NCBI GenBank assembly: GCA_965248265.1
Contig: CBDFJF010000001.1
Span: 2,720,001 to 2,784,000, forward strand
Direction of reading: 5' to 3'
Origin: Candidatus Latescibacterota bacterium
GTDB taxonomy: Bacteria; Latescibacterota; UBA2968; UBA8231
DNA length: 64,000 nt
The translations under genes and the position numbers were made by a program. Below are positions 8,620 to 18,119 of this stretch, one piece after another (position 1 is the first letter of the stretch; each line of letters starts with the position of its first letter). The notes under the pieces were generated by a model, which was not told the DNA's origin, did no database searches, and saw nothing but the letters and a program-made list of their open reading frames with translations.

Positions 8620-9789
8620 TCAGAATATGGTCGCGAGTTGGAAGCCTACCATATGATCGTCGTCGTCGGGAGCGTCCTTGTCCCAATAGTTCAACTGTAG
8701 AGAAGATTTGAGGCGAGTGTCGCGAGTAATGTAGTACTCGACCCCCGTCTCGACCCTTGTGATATCGTAGTCCCAGGCCTGTTCATCGCCGGAACTGCCA
8801 TCGTCGATCTTGTCGTAGCGGATACCGCCTACCCTGAAGGTGTAATTGAACCCCGGTTTCAGTGCAACTGTCCCTTCGACGTACCCACCGGTGTTCCCCA
8901 GGCTGCTCTCGCTCAGGTTGGGGACCTCCCACTGGTTTCGGAGCAGTTCGAAGAACAGCTCGCATCGCCACACGCTGTACTCTCCATCAATGCCGAACGC
9001 CAGCTGGTTGTAATCCTCAGATGATTTGCCAGCCGGCATATCGGGATCGGCAGCAGCTTGTTCACTCAGGTACGGTCCGTAGGCACCCGAGACTCCGAGC
9101 TTCCATCCCATCGTAGGCTGGATTCCCAGGCGACCGACGAGCTGAGCGCCGTCGTTGTTAGCGGCGTCCGGATTCGACAGGGCGCCCTTGGTGAGGGCTA
9201 TGCCGTAGGTGACTCGCTCGGACGAGCCGAAGAGCTGTACACCTGTGTTCCAGCAAGCATCGTAGACGATCGGTTGCCCTCGCGCCTGGTAATTCGGGCT
9301 GTCACGCCGACGCAGTTGCTCGGCGGTGTCGCCGGCGATGCTGCGGCCGCTGATGGCGGAGAAGTACTGGTAGATCAGTGGCGTGCCGATGACGGGATTG
9401 ACGGTGGCGAACGAGCGCGAGGCGAAGCTTCCGAACGGGGTTGCCATCTTGCCCGCGAGCAGGTTCACCATCGGACGCTGGCCGATCTCGTGGAAGATGA
9501 CGTAGGCACCCTCCAGGTCGAAATGCTGGAGCCCTTCGTCGTAAAGAGTGGTGGTGGAGGCCGTGATGCTCTCACTGATCTCGGCGTCCGCGAACACGCG
9601 AGCCCGGACCAGACTGAAAGGACTCTTGCCCTTGAGGCTCGAATTGATACGGGAGTTCAGCTCATTTGATGCTGAACCGACATCCTGCTTGTAGGCCAGG
9701 TCCAACGTGCCGGTGATCTCGATTTGAGCCGACGCTGCTCCCGCGAGCATACTGAGGGCCACGCTGATTCTCACAACTATGTTTGCCAT
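8620..9789 (-). CDS. Outer-membrane beta-barrel / porin-like protein
   Basis: Signal peptide; amphipathic strands; LLAGKMATPFG; C-terminal FQLATIF ending in Phe. Confidence 0.75.
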   Translation of the reverse strand: MANIVVRISVALSMLAGAASAQIEITGTLDLAYKQDVGSASNELNSRINSSLKGKSPFSLVRARVFADAEISESITASTTTLYDEGLQHFDLEGAYVIFHEIGQRPMVNLLAGKMATPFGSFASRSFATVNPVIGTPLIYQYFSAISGRSIAGDTAEQLRRRDSPNYQARGQPIVYDACWNTGVQLFGSSERVTYGIALTKGALSNPDAANNDGAQLVGRLGIQPTMGWKLGVSGAYGPYLSEQAAADPDMPAGKSSEDYNQLAFGIDGEYSVWRCELFFELLRNQWEVPNLSESSLGNTGGYVEGTVALKPGFNYTFRVGGIRYDKIDDGSSGDEQAWDYDITRVETGVEYYITRDTRLKSSLQLNYWDKDAPDDDDHMVGFQLATIF

Positions 9790-11477
9790 GACAACTCCGC
9801 CACTTCCATTTCCTCGGAAAATCCCTTGAACGCAATCATGTGCACTTCCTTCACCGGCACCTGGTCTTCCAGGCCGGCCAGCAGGGCCTGCGGAACCAGA
9901 ATCTGGCCGGGGGCCGCCACCTGCATCAGGCGAGCGCCAAGATTGACGGCAGCGCCGATGGCGGTGTAGTCGAGGCGATTCTGAGCACCCATGTTGCCGA
10001 GGATGACCGGGCCGAAGTTGACGCCCACACCGATGTCGAGGGGCACGTCGTCGGTGTCGTGTTCGACCTTGACCCGCCGTTGGATCTCGACGGCGCAGTC
10101 GATGGCTCGCTGAAGGGCATCCTCGCCGATGAACAGGGCCATCATCTCGTCGCCGACGAACTTGTCGATGGAACCGCCGTAATTCGGCACGATCTCCGCC
10201 TGAAAACCGAGATAGCGATTCAGCATCGAAATCACTTCCTCGGGAGAGCGCTTCTCACTATACGGAGTAAATCCGCGGATATCAGTGAACAGCACCGCCA
10301 GCTCGCGTCGTGATCCGCCGAGTGGAACCTCTTCTTCGGAGCCCTCGCTAATCATCTCCATGGTGTGCGAACCGACGTACTTCATCAGCTGCAGGCGTTC
10401 CCTCAGGTTGACGATCATGTCATTGAAGGTGCTCGTCAGCAGTCCGATCTCGTCTCGCGTCGTGGGCTTGAGCGACACCTTCAAGTTACCGCTCGTCACC
10501 TGATTCATGCCTTCGACCAGATGCATGATGGGGCGCGACATGGTGCGGCCGAGGACGAGAGCTAGGGCGATGGTGATGGCTAGGCTGATTCCTGCTGTGG
10601 CGTAAATATTGTTTTGAAGTGTCGTCAAAATTTCCAACTCGGCAGCACGCGGGACGGTTGCAATGTAATAGCCAGTGTCGCCGATATCTGATCCCAAGGG
10701 GCTGATGAAAGCGAATACCTCCTGACCTGCGAAGTCAGCTTCAAACACCTCGGTAGTGGCCGCTTTCACGGATGATACCACCTCGTCTACCTTTGACATC
10801 CATTTCTGTTGTAAACGCGCAAGCTCGGAAGCGGTGAGATTCTCAATCGTGGACGCGATCAGCTGATCGTCGACTACGAATGTGATATCAGTCTGCGATT
10901 CCCCCTTCAGCTGCTGAGCCTCGACCTCCGTAATGCGGGTGCCGAGGACCAGGGCTCCGATGACCTCTTCACCCCCCTTCCAGATCGGCACCGAGGCCAC
11001 CTGGAAGAGCTCCTCACCTTCATGCCATAGTTCGGGATCTTCATACTCGAGGTCACCGCCCTTGTCCAGAGCAAGTGATACGCTCGACCGCCGTTTCAGA
11101 CTTTCTCCGTGGCGCTCGGGATCGCCGAGCCAGGCCAGGACATTCCCGGAAAGGTTTGTGACGATGAACAGGTCGACGGTGGTGAGGCCGGAAAGCAGCT
11201 CGACGATGTAATAGGCGTCGGCTGGACTATCCAGCGCAATGTTGGCGATGAACGTCGAGTTCTCACCGATAAGATCGGCGGCGGTAAGCAGATTGATGTA
11301 GTGCAGATTCTGTTCGCGGCTGAGTGCCCGGTCTGACTCCTGAAAATCGAATTTGACTTTGTTGTAGATGGCGTCGGTCAAGGTCCGGCTCACCGAAGTG
11401 AGCACTCCTGCCAGGACAACAGCCGCCAGACCGGTTAGGAGGAGAAAGAGCTTGCTGCGAATTGAGAATCGCATCAT
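9777..11477 (-). CDS. Membrane class III adenylate cyclase (TM-Cache-TM-HAMP-cyclase)
   Basis: HAMP RDEIGLLTSTFNDM; LFTDIRGFT, IDKFVGDEMMALF, DYTAIGAAVNLGARL with intact K/T, D/D and N/R residues. Confidence 0.93.
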   Translation of the reverse strand: MMRFSIRSKLFLLLTGLAAVVLAGVLTSVSRTLTDAIYNKVKFDFQESDRALSREQNLHYINLLTAADLIGENSTFIANIALDSPADAYYIVELLSGLTTVDLFIVTNLSGNVLAWLGDPERHGESLKRRSSVSLALDKGGDLEYEDPELWHEGEELFQVASVPIWKGGEEVIGALVLGTRITEVEAQQLKGESQTDITFVVDDQLIASTIENLTASELARLQQKWMSKVDEVVSSVKAATTEVFEADFAGQEVFAFISPLGSDIGDTGYYIATVPRAAELEILTTLQNNIYATAGISLAITIALALVLGRTMSRPIMHLVEGMNQVTSGNLKVSLKPTTRDEIGLLTSTFNDMIVNLRERLQLMKYVGSHTMEMISEGSEEEVPLGGSRRELAVLFTDIRGFTPYSEKRSPEEVISMLNRYLGFQAEIVPNYGGSIDKFVGDEMMALFIGEDALQRAIDCAVEIQRRVKVEHDTDDVPLDIGVGVNFGPVILGNMGAQNRLDYTAIGAAVNLGARLMQVAAPGQILVPQALLAGLEDQVPVKEVHMIAFKGFSEEMEVAELSWQT

Positions 11478-11489
11478 CAGCTTTGCCGG

Positions 11490-12266
11490 CTAAGGACTCA
11501 ACTCAAAGTGGCTTTCCACTCGAGCGCCCTCTTTCAGATGCACGGAAACAGCATCGGTGGTAAAGGCGGGATGGAACACCCGGATCTCGTACTCCCCGCT
11601 CGGAAGCCGCTCTATGGAGTAATTACCCGTGGAGTCGGGCGTGGTGTAGTACGGCGTGTCCAGACTCAGGATCGTCGCCGTCATCTGCGGATGGATGTCA
11701 CAAAACAGCTCAATGGCACCCACGGCCTCAATCTTCTGAGCATGCACTAAGCCGGTGCGCTTCCGCCCGATGTTGAAAGCCGCTCCCGGCGTCAGACTGA
11801 AGACATTGTGGTAAACCTTGTCCTTGTTGACGAACTCGACGGTGGATCCGACCGTCACCGGAAGCACGCGAGGCACGAAACTGACCTTCTCCTGGTCAAC
11901 TCGCAGCGAAGCAACAGCTTCAGGGGTCACCGAGAACGAGAACGGGTGGGCGCTGACGACGACATCGTTGAAGGACGACTTGGCCCCCCGCTGCTTTCCC
12001 TTCTCCTTGACTCCTCCGGAGAGCCGGCTGCGATAGGCGCTTCCGCGCAGGGTCCGTTTCTTTACTTTGGTGACCGGAACCGTCACGTGACCAGTGATAC
12101 TGCCTCCAGCGCTACCTTGGGGAGGCCCACCTTCCTCAGCAGCAACGCTGGCTCCCAGAAGAGCCCATGACAGCAAGATGCCGGCGATAGAGGTCGAGAT
12201 CATGTGAGTGCGTGAGTAAGTGAGCTGCAATACATGGCTTTCGGTTGGTGTGAATGGGTCGTACAA
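11490..12266 (-). CDS. Secreted cupredoxin-like protein with carboxypeptidase-regulatory-like Ig domain (true start may be ATG near 12203)
   Basis: FVPRVLPV.VGSTVEF.NKDKVYHNVFS and LFCDIHPQM (H...C-x2-H-x2-M copper ligands); GNYSIERLPSGEYEIRVFHP. Confidence 0.8.
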   Translation of the reverse strand: MYDPFTPTESHVLQLTYSRTHMISTSIAGILLSWALLGASVAAEEGGPPQGSAGGSITGHVTVPVTKVKKRTLRGSAYRSRLSGGVKEKGKQRGAKSSFNDVVVSAHPFSFSVTPEAVASLRVDQEKVSFVPRVLPVTVGSTVEFVNKDKVYHNVFSLTPGAAFNIGRKRTGLVHAQKIEAVGAIELFCDIHPQMTATILSLDTPYYTTPDSTGNYSIERLPSGEYEIRVFHPAFTTDAVSVHLKEGARVESHFELSP

Positions 12267-12387
12267 GATACCGGTATCCGACGCCGTTTACAACACATTG
12301 ATAGCCCACTTGCTGGCCGAGTGGACCATCGATATCATTCTGTAATTACTGAAATTATTCACGATTACGGACCTTCGTGGAGTCGCG

Positions 12388-14358
12388 GTGGCATCACTGA
12401 AGAAACTACTGGCTGAAGTCCGGGAGCGCAGGGTTGAAATCCTTGGCAAGTACGATGAGGCCGCGCGGGAATTGCTGCGTATTGCCTGGATCGACGGACA
12501 TTTTGATCAGCGCGGACCGGAGCCCGTGCGCTGGCCCACAGCCTCTCGTGAGAGCAGCGCGGACACGCTCTCTGCCCTCGAAAAGCGCGCCCGTATCATC
12601 GACACCATCTACCAGGGCATGCCGGCCCGGCGAGACCGGCGATTGAGTGAATCCCACACCCGCTATGACCACCTCCTACCCGGTTACCACGAAGCCAATC
12701 GCATATACATCCAGGTGAAGCGCCAGTTCCTGGAGCGCGATGCCGGCTCCGATCGCGACTTTTTGCGCCTGTACCAAGAGGTCTACCTGGAAGCCCTGAG
12801 CCGTGAGAACCCCCTCCCACTCGATGATGCCGAGGCCGCACTGGTCGAGTTCCGCGTTGCCCGTGTGCCCCTTTCGCATGCGCAGGCCGCCGCCGAGGGC
12901 ATGCAGGCGCAAAACGGTTCCGACGATCCGCTGTGGAGTACCGAATTCAGCTATCAGTTGTCGGGTAAGCAGCTGCGGCAGCCGCTGCGCCAGATCCTGA
13001 TGACGGTCGCCGAGCGTGTCGTCGATGCCATGGCCGCGGGAGAGCATCTGGCCATCCGCTACAACACCTTCAGCAACTTCATCTGGTTCGGAATCTGCAT
13101 CTGGAAGGTGGTGACCGACTTGGAACTGTTGCTGGCGCGATTGCAGGGATCTGTGCGCCAGCGCTGGCTGGACAAGATGGGCAACTACGTGCTGTTGGCG
13201 CAGGGAATGCTGCTCAAGTTTCTGGAGGCTCATCTGGAGGACCCGGCCCAGATCCGGCCCAAAGAGTACTGGTATGGTCAGGATTACAGCTACCTCACCC
13301 GCGACATGATCGATCTGGTTGTGGGGTTGGTGAAACAGGGCAATCGTCTGAGAAGACGAACGCGGCGCCTCGATCTCAACGCCGTACCCGAACTCGAATT
13401 GCCGTCGCTGTTGTCTGGCCAGATGCCGGCAGGACGGTTTCTGGAGTACGACCATGTTGGGGTACAGAAACCGGACTCGCCGTGGCGCCGCCGTGCCAAA
13501 CTATTGAAGTGGGTGCGGCTCTTTCGCCGTGCCGGTGCCCGCAAGATGCAACTGCTGCACTCGGAGCCGGACGAAGGCCGCCGAATCGCTGCCGCCTGGG
13601 AGGCCAATCAGGAGTGGGCGGCCAGGTCCATGGAGGTCCTGGGCATTCAGGTGAACGTCGTCATCGACCCACGCTTTGCGTCCCTCGCCCGAGACCTCGA
13701 CCTGACCGGACGCCACAAGAGGGTCGTCTTCTTCCCAACCCATCAGAGCCTTCTCGACCACCCCGTCATGTACCGTGTGATGGAGTCTCCGCAGCTCCTC
13801 GAGGCCCTCGGATGGGACGCGCCGATCCCCTGCACGATTCCGTCGCGGCCGCGCTTGATGGCACAGACCGCTTTCAAAATCGGGAAACGCGAATTCTCCC
13901 TCATCGGACTCGACCCCACGACCTACGATCGCATCGCTGAGGAAGTCGACGGCTACGTTATCATGTACTCGCAGGACGCCCGCAATCCGATTCAGCGTTT
14001 TTCCAAGTTGCTCGACGAGCGCCCCGGAATCGTCTACGGAGCCGGCACCACTGCCGCCTTCGAGCTGCAGATCATGCCGATGCAGCACCTCCTATTCGCG
14101 TACCTGCCCGAAGACGTCGTTATCGTACCCATGGCCTTTCGCGGCATTCACTCACTGTGGCCGAAATGTCCCAAAGGCAATCTCAACGTCGGATCCGGTG
14201 TTGTGGAGGTGTATGTTTCTCCTCCCATGCTGGGAGAGACCACGTTGCTGCCACGCAAGCGATCCCTGCGCACTCAGCTCGAGCCGACCACCTTTTTCCA
14301 GGCCGCCCACATCGCCACGCTGTTGAATCCCGAGCCCGCCAGCCAGGGCAGTTCTTGA
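12388..14358 (+). CDS. Large protein with C-terminal lysophospholipid/glycerol acyltransferase-like domain
   Basis: VVFFPTHQSLLDH (HxxxxD), YGAGT, VIVPMAFRG, VEVYVSPP; N-terminal ~400 aa unassigned. Confidence 0.65.
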   Translation: MASLKKLLAEVRERRVEILGKYDEAARELLRIAWIDGHFDQRGPEPVRWPTASRESSADTLSALEKRARIIDTIYQGMPARRDRRLSESHTRYDHLLPGYHEANRIYIQVKRQFLERDAGSDRDFLRLYQEVYLEALSRENPLPLDDAEAALVEFRVARVPLSHAQAAAEGMQAQNGSDDPLWSTEFSYQLSGKQLRQPLRQILMTVAERVVDAMAAGEHLAIRYNTFSNFIWFGICIWKVVTDLELLLARLQGSVRQRWLDKMGNYVLLAQGMLLKFLEAHLEDPAQIRPKEYWYGQDYSYLTRDMIDLVVGLVKQGNRLRRRTRRLDLNAVPELELPSLLSGQMPAGRFLEYDHVGVQKPDSPWRRRAKLLKWVRLFRRAGARKMQLLHSEPDEGRRIAAAWEANQEWAARSMEVLGIQVNVVIDPRFASLARDLDLTGRHKRVVFFPTHQSLLDHPVMYRVMESPQLLEALGWDAPIPCTIPSRPRLMAQTAFKIGKREFSLIGLDPTTYDRIAEEVDGYVIMYSQDARNPIQRFSKLLDERPGIVYGAGTTAAFELQIMPMQHLLFAYLPEDVVIVPMAFRGIHSLWPKCPKGNLNVGSGVVEVYVSPPMLGETTLLPRKRSLRTQLEPTTFFQAAHIATLLNPEPASQGSS

Positions 14359-14389
14359 ACGACGGCCGCCGGACTCACTGCTTTTTTCT

Positions 14390-15652
14390 TCACCGTTCCC
14401 CTTCCCCGAAAAGGTGCACCCGGCCATACTCGCCATCGTAGCCCGAATCGATGCACACCTTACCGGCGCGCATCCGCCGTACCCCCTCGGCGACCAGCGA
14501 CTCCCCGCCTCGGCGCTCGATCTGCCCCGGTTCCAGCTCACGCAGGATGTGTAATTCAGGACCGAGCTCGGCCAGTAGAGTATGATAGATGGTCTGGACT
14601 CGCTTGCTTCCCGGTCCAACGCCGACGACGGCGCTGATCACCTCCGGCAACGGAATCAGGTGCTCGAAGCGGCGCGGTGGCGTGTTGATGGCTTCGGCCG
14701 CGGGCCGGTCGGCCAGGGTCTCGATTCGATGCAATACGCCAACCGTGAGCTGTCGTCCGCATTTGGGACAAACCCCCTGCGCGGCGATCGTTTGCGCAGG
14801 CTCCCAGCAGATACCGCATTTGCGATGCCCGTCGTGGTGATACTTCCCTTCCTCAGGATAGAACTCGATCGTGGTGGTGAAGCGGCTGGTATCACGCTGT
14901 CGCAATGCGTCGAGGATGGCCGGGTACGATAGCTCAGTGTCAAAGCACGTGGCTTCGCGACCCAGCTTGGGCGGCGAGTGCGCGTCCGAGTTGGAAACCA
15001 GCGTGAAGCGGTCGAGGGCGGTAAGCCTGCTGTGCATGGCCGGGTCGGACGACAACCCCGTCTCGACCGCGTATATGTACGGCAACAGATCCTCGAAACA
15101 CTCTTCCAGGCTGTCAAAGCCGGATTTGGACCCAAGAGCCGCAAAGTGAGGAGTCCAGATGTGCGCCGGGATGAAGAGGACGTCAGGACACACCTCAAGG
15201 CAGATCCCCAGCAGATCGCGACTGGCCAGGCCGAGAATCGGGCGTCCATCCGACTTGAGGTTGCCGATGGCTGCGAGCCGGCGGTTGAGTGCGTCGGCAC
15301 TGGCAAAGTCAGGCAAGGCGACGACATTGTGGACTTTGCGGGTGCGGCCGTTCTTCTTGTATATGGAGCTGATCTCCACCGTGAGGAGAAAACGCACGTC
15401 GCGCCGGCAGGAGGCATAGATCTCGTCGTCGACTGGCCGGGCCAGATTCGGCTTCAAGCGAAAAACTCCCTCTTGTGCCGGTTCCAGTTTCTGCTTGATC
15501 TCGGCCAGCCATTCGGGGTGGGTGAAATCGGCGGTGCCGACCAGGTCGATGCCCTTGAGCGCCGACCACCGGTGCAGGTTTTCGGGGGTCAGGTCTCGGC
15601 TGGTCGCGCGCGAATAGTGAGAGTGGAGATGTACATCAGCTACGAATGACAT
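14390..15652 (-). CDS. Endonuclease Q family protein (PHP fold plus Zn ribbon)
   Basis: ADVHLHSHYSRATS, GTADFTHPEW, IPAHIWTP, ETGLSSDP, SNSDAHSP.KLGREA, GKYHHDGHRKC, CPKCG, GYDGEYG. Confidence 0.93.
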   Translation of the reverse strand: MSFVADVHLHSHYSRATSRDLTPENLHRWSALKGIDLVGTADFTHPEWLAEIKQKLEPAQEGVFRLKPNLARPVDDEIYASCRRDVRFLLTVEISSIYKKNGRTRKVHNVVALPDFASADALNRRLAAIGNLKSDGRPILGLASRDLLGICLEVCPDVLFIPAHIWTPHFAALGSKSGFDSLEECFEDLLPYIYAVETGLSSDPAMHSRLTALDRFTLVSNSDAHSPPKLGREATCFDTELSYPAILDALRQRDTSRFTTTIEFYPEEGKYHHDGHRKCGICWEPAQTIAAQGVCPKCGRQLTVGVLHRIETLADRPAAEAINTPPRRFEHLIPLPEVISAVVGVGPGSKRVQTIYHTLLAELGPELHILRELEPGQIERRGGESLVAEGVRRMRAGKVCIDSGYDGEYGRVHLFGEGER

Positions 15653-15770
15653 GACGCGTTGGCACTGTGATTGGGAGAAAGAGGTGTGATACAGTAGGCG
15701 AGTCAGTGTACACGCTCAACCACACAGGCACAATCGATCCTGAGATTTACCTCATGAAAGGGATTTACCG

Positions 15771-16520
15771 ATGACGAGATTTTCGGAACAGGTCGCACTT
15801 GTTACTGGCGGCGGCACAGGAATCGGGGAGGCCACCTGCCTGATGTTCGCCGAGGAAGGGGCCGCCGTGGCCGTCAACTACTCACGTTCGCAAGCTGAGG
15901 CGGAGGCCGTGGTGGCGAAAATCGAAAAAGCAGGTGGCCGCGCAGTGGCGCTCAAGGCGGATGTGTCCGAAGACGACCAGGTGTGCTCCATGGTGGATGA
16001 GGTCGTCGCGACTTTTGGTCGCCTGGACGTTCTAGTCAACAACGGGGGCACAACCGAGCGCGTGCCGTACACGGATCTGGACGGTATGACTGAGCAGGCC
16101 TGGGACCGCATCATGGCAGTCAATGCCAAGGGCACCTTCCTGTGTTCGCGGGCGGCCATAAAGGCGATGAAGAAACGGGGCTCCGGGCAGATCATCAACA
16201 CCACGTCGATTTCCGCCTACACCGGCCAGGGAAGCTGCATCGCCTACTCGGCTTCCAAAGCAGCCATCATCAACATCACCCGGGCTCTGGCGATCAGCCA
16301 GGCTCCGGATATTCGCGTCAACGCTGTGGCTCCTGGTGTGGTCGAAACCCGCTGGATAGCGGGCATGGAGGAATTCACTGAGCCCCACCGGGAAGCCACA
16401 CCGATGAAGAGGCTGGCCACGCCGGAGGATGTGGCGCTGGCCATTTTCGGCCTGGCGGTTAACGACTTCATCACCGGTAAAACGCTCTGCGTCGACGGCG
16501 GCCGCAGCCTGGTGTGCTAG
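15771..16520 (+). CDS. Short-chain dehydrogenase/reductase (SDR)
   Basis: TGGGTGIG, LDVLVNNGG, YSASK, RVNAVAPG, ITGKTLCVDGG. Confidence 0.95.
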   Translation: MTRFSEQVALVTGGGTGIGEATCLMFAEEGAAVAVNYSRSQAEAEAVVAKIEKAGGRAVALKADVSEDDQVCSMVDEVVATFGRLDVLVNNGGTTERVPYTDLDGMTEQAWDRIMAVNAKGTFLCSRAAIKAMKKRGSGQIINTTSISAYTGQGSCIAYSASKAAIINITRALAISQAPDIRVNAVAPGVVETRWIAGMEEFTEPHREATPMKRLATPEDVALAIFGLAVNDFITGKTLCVDGGRSLVC

Positions 16521-16547
16521 GATTTCGTGCTAGGATGTCGTGTTAGG
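16514..16547. repeat. Degenerate 13-bp tandem repeat (GTGCTAGGATKTC) x ~2.6 across the SDR stop codon
   Basis: gtgctaggatttc / gtgctaggatgtc / gtgttagg. Confidence 0.75.
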
Positions 16548-16568
16548 CATGCCCGTACGAGGGAGAGA

Positions 16569-17930
16569 ATGATGGACCAGGTAGATCTGATGAATTCGAG
16601 CTTTCTGCCGATGAACCTGCACACGGACTATCCCGTCATCGTGCGGGCCGAGGGGCGACACCTGTACGCGGCTGATGGTCGCGTGTTTCTGGACGGCGCT
16701 TCGGGCGGCGTCGGTGCCGTCAACATCGGACACGGGGTCCCTGAAGTGTTGGCGGCGATCGTGGACCAAAGCCAGAAAGTGTGCCACGCCAATGCCTCCC
16801 TGTTCATGAACGCGGCTTCTATCGAACTGGCTGAGCTGATCGTGCAGGAGTTCGCCCCCTCGCCCATGAACAAGGTCTACTTCGTCTCCACCGGGACCGA
16901 GGCGACCGAATTGTGCGTCAAGTTCGCCCGTGTCTACCACCTCTACAAAGGCCATCCTGAACGGTCGAAGATCATCAGTCGCTGGAGTGGCTACCACGGC
17001 AGCTCCCTGGCTGCCCTGTCATTCTCGGGACGCACCAGCCGACGCGCCGACTTTCAACCCTACTACTTTCCCAGCATCCGCATCCGCCCGGCGTATCACT
17101 TTCGCGACGGTCGAGGTTTGAGTGAAGCAGAGTACGCGCAGGTGTGTGCTCGCGACCTCGAGGATGCGATCGTGCGCGAGGTGCCCGAGACGGTTTCCTG
17201 CTTCATCGCCGAGCCCTTCGTCAACACCATGGGAGCCTGCCCCGCCCCGGCAGGGTATTTCGAACTGGTGCGGGAGATCTGTGACCGCTACGATGTCCTC
17301 ATGATCTCGGATGAGGTGGTGACGGGGTACGGCCGCACGGGGCGTTCCTTCGGCATCGACCACTGGAACACCGTTCCGGATCTAATCGCCTGCGGCAAGG
17401 GACTCTCGGGTGGCTACAGCCCCATCGCATGCACCATCGTGCACGACAAGATCTTCGACGTATTGAAGAGCCACCCCAGTGGCAACACCGTCGCCGGTTA
17501 CACGCATGCCGCCAACCCCTTGTCCGCGGCCACGGCGAAGGCTGTTCTGCGCTACATCCTCGACAATGACCTGGTCACGCGCTCGGCCCAGATCGGTGAG
17601 CACTTGATAGGCCTGGTACGCGATCGCCTCGGTGATCATCCACACATCGGTGACATTCGCGGTAGAGGGTGCCACATGGCGCTGGAATTCGTCACGAACC
17701 GCGATTCCCTGGAGACTTATCCAGATCACGTCAACAAGGCGGGTGAGGTGTATGACGCGTGCATGGCCGAGGGTCTGAACCTGTGTCCGGTGCATGGTGA
17801 CGCCGACGGGCTGCGCGGAGACAGCATCATCATCAAGCCTGCGTTCACCTTCACCGATGGGGAGCTCGACGAGCTGGTGGACATGCTGGCGGCCGGGATC
17901 GACAACGTGAGCTGGGGAAGCAGTTCTTGA
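16569..17930 (+). CDS. Class III PLP-dependent aminotransferase
   Basis: RAEG..LY..DG..FLDG, GTEATE, YHG, FIAEP, DEVVTGYGRTG, PDLIACGKGLSGGY, GDIRGRG; GGAG RBS before ATG 16569. Confidence 0.93.
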   Translation: MMDQVDLMNSSFLPMNLHTDYPVIVRAEGRHLYAADGRVFLDGASGGVGAVNIGHGVPEVLAAIVDQSQKVCHANASLFMNAASIELAELIVQEFAPSPMNKVYFVSTGTEATELCVKFARVYHLYKGHPERSKIISRWSGYHGSSLAALSFSGRTSRRADFQPYYFPSIRIRPAYHFRDGRGLSEAEYAQVCARDLEDAIVREVPETVSCFIAEPFVNTMGACPAPAGYFELVREICDRYDVLMISDEVVTGYGRTGRSFGIDHWNTVPDLIACGKGLSGGYSPIACTIVHDKIFDVLKSHPSGNTVAGYTHAANPLSAATAKAVLRYILDNDLVTRSAQIGEHLIGLVRDRLGDHPHIGDIRGRGCHMALEFVTNRDSLETYPDHVNKAGEVYDACMAEGLNLCPVHGDADGLRGDSIIIKPAFTFTDGELDELVDMLAAGIDNVSWGSSS

Positions 17931-18119
17931 GTCATGCGATCGTTGCACCGCCGTGTGAGTGCCTGTTTACCTCCTGGGAGCTCCATCGGTGGTACGCCAG
18001 ACTGTGACTGTGGACACGACGATCGAGCAGCCCGGATGGTTAATTGATGCACGCCCCACGCGATAAATTCCCCGGTCTCACGGAACATCACCTGACGTAG
18101 GGCGTCACCAACACACACC

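Noticed and set aside
15660-15675. Sigma54 promoter TGGCACTGTGATTGGG upstream of the SDR
   Set aside because: The -12 dinucleotide is GG, not GC; too weak to call
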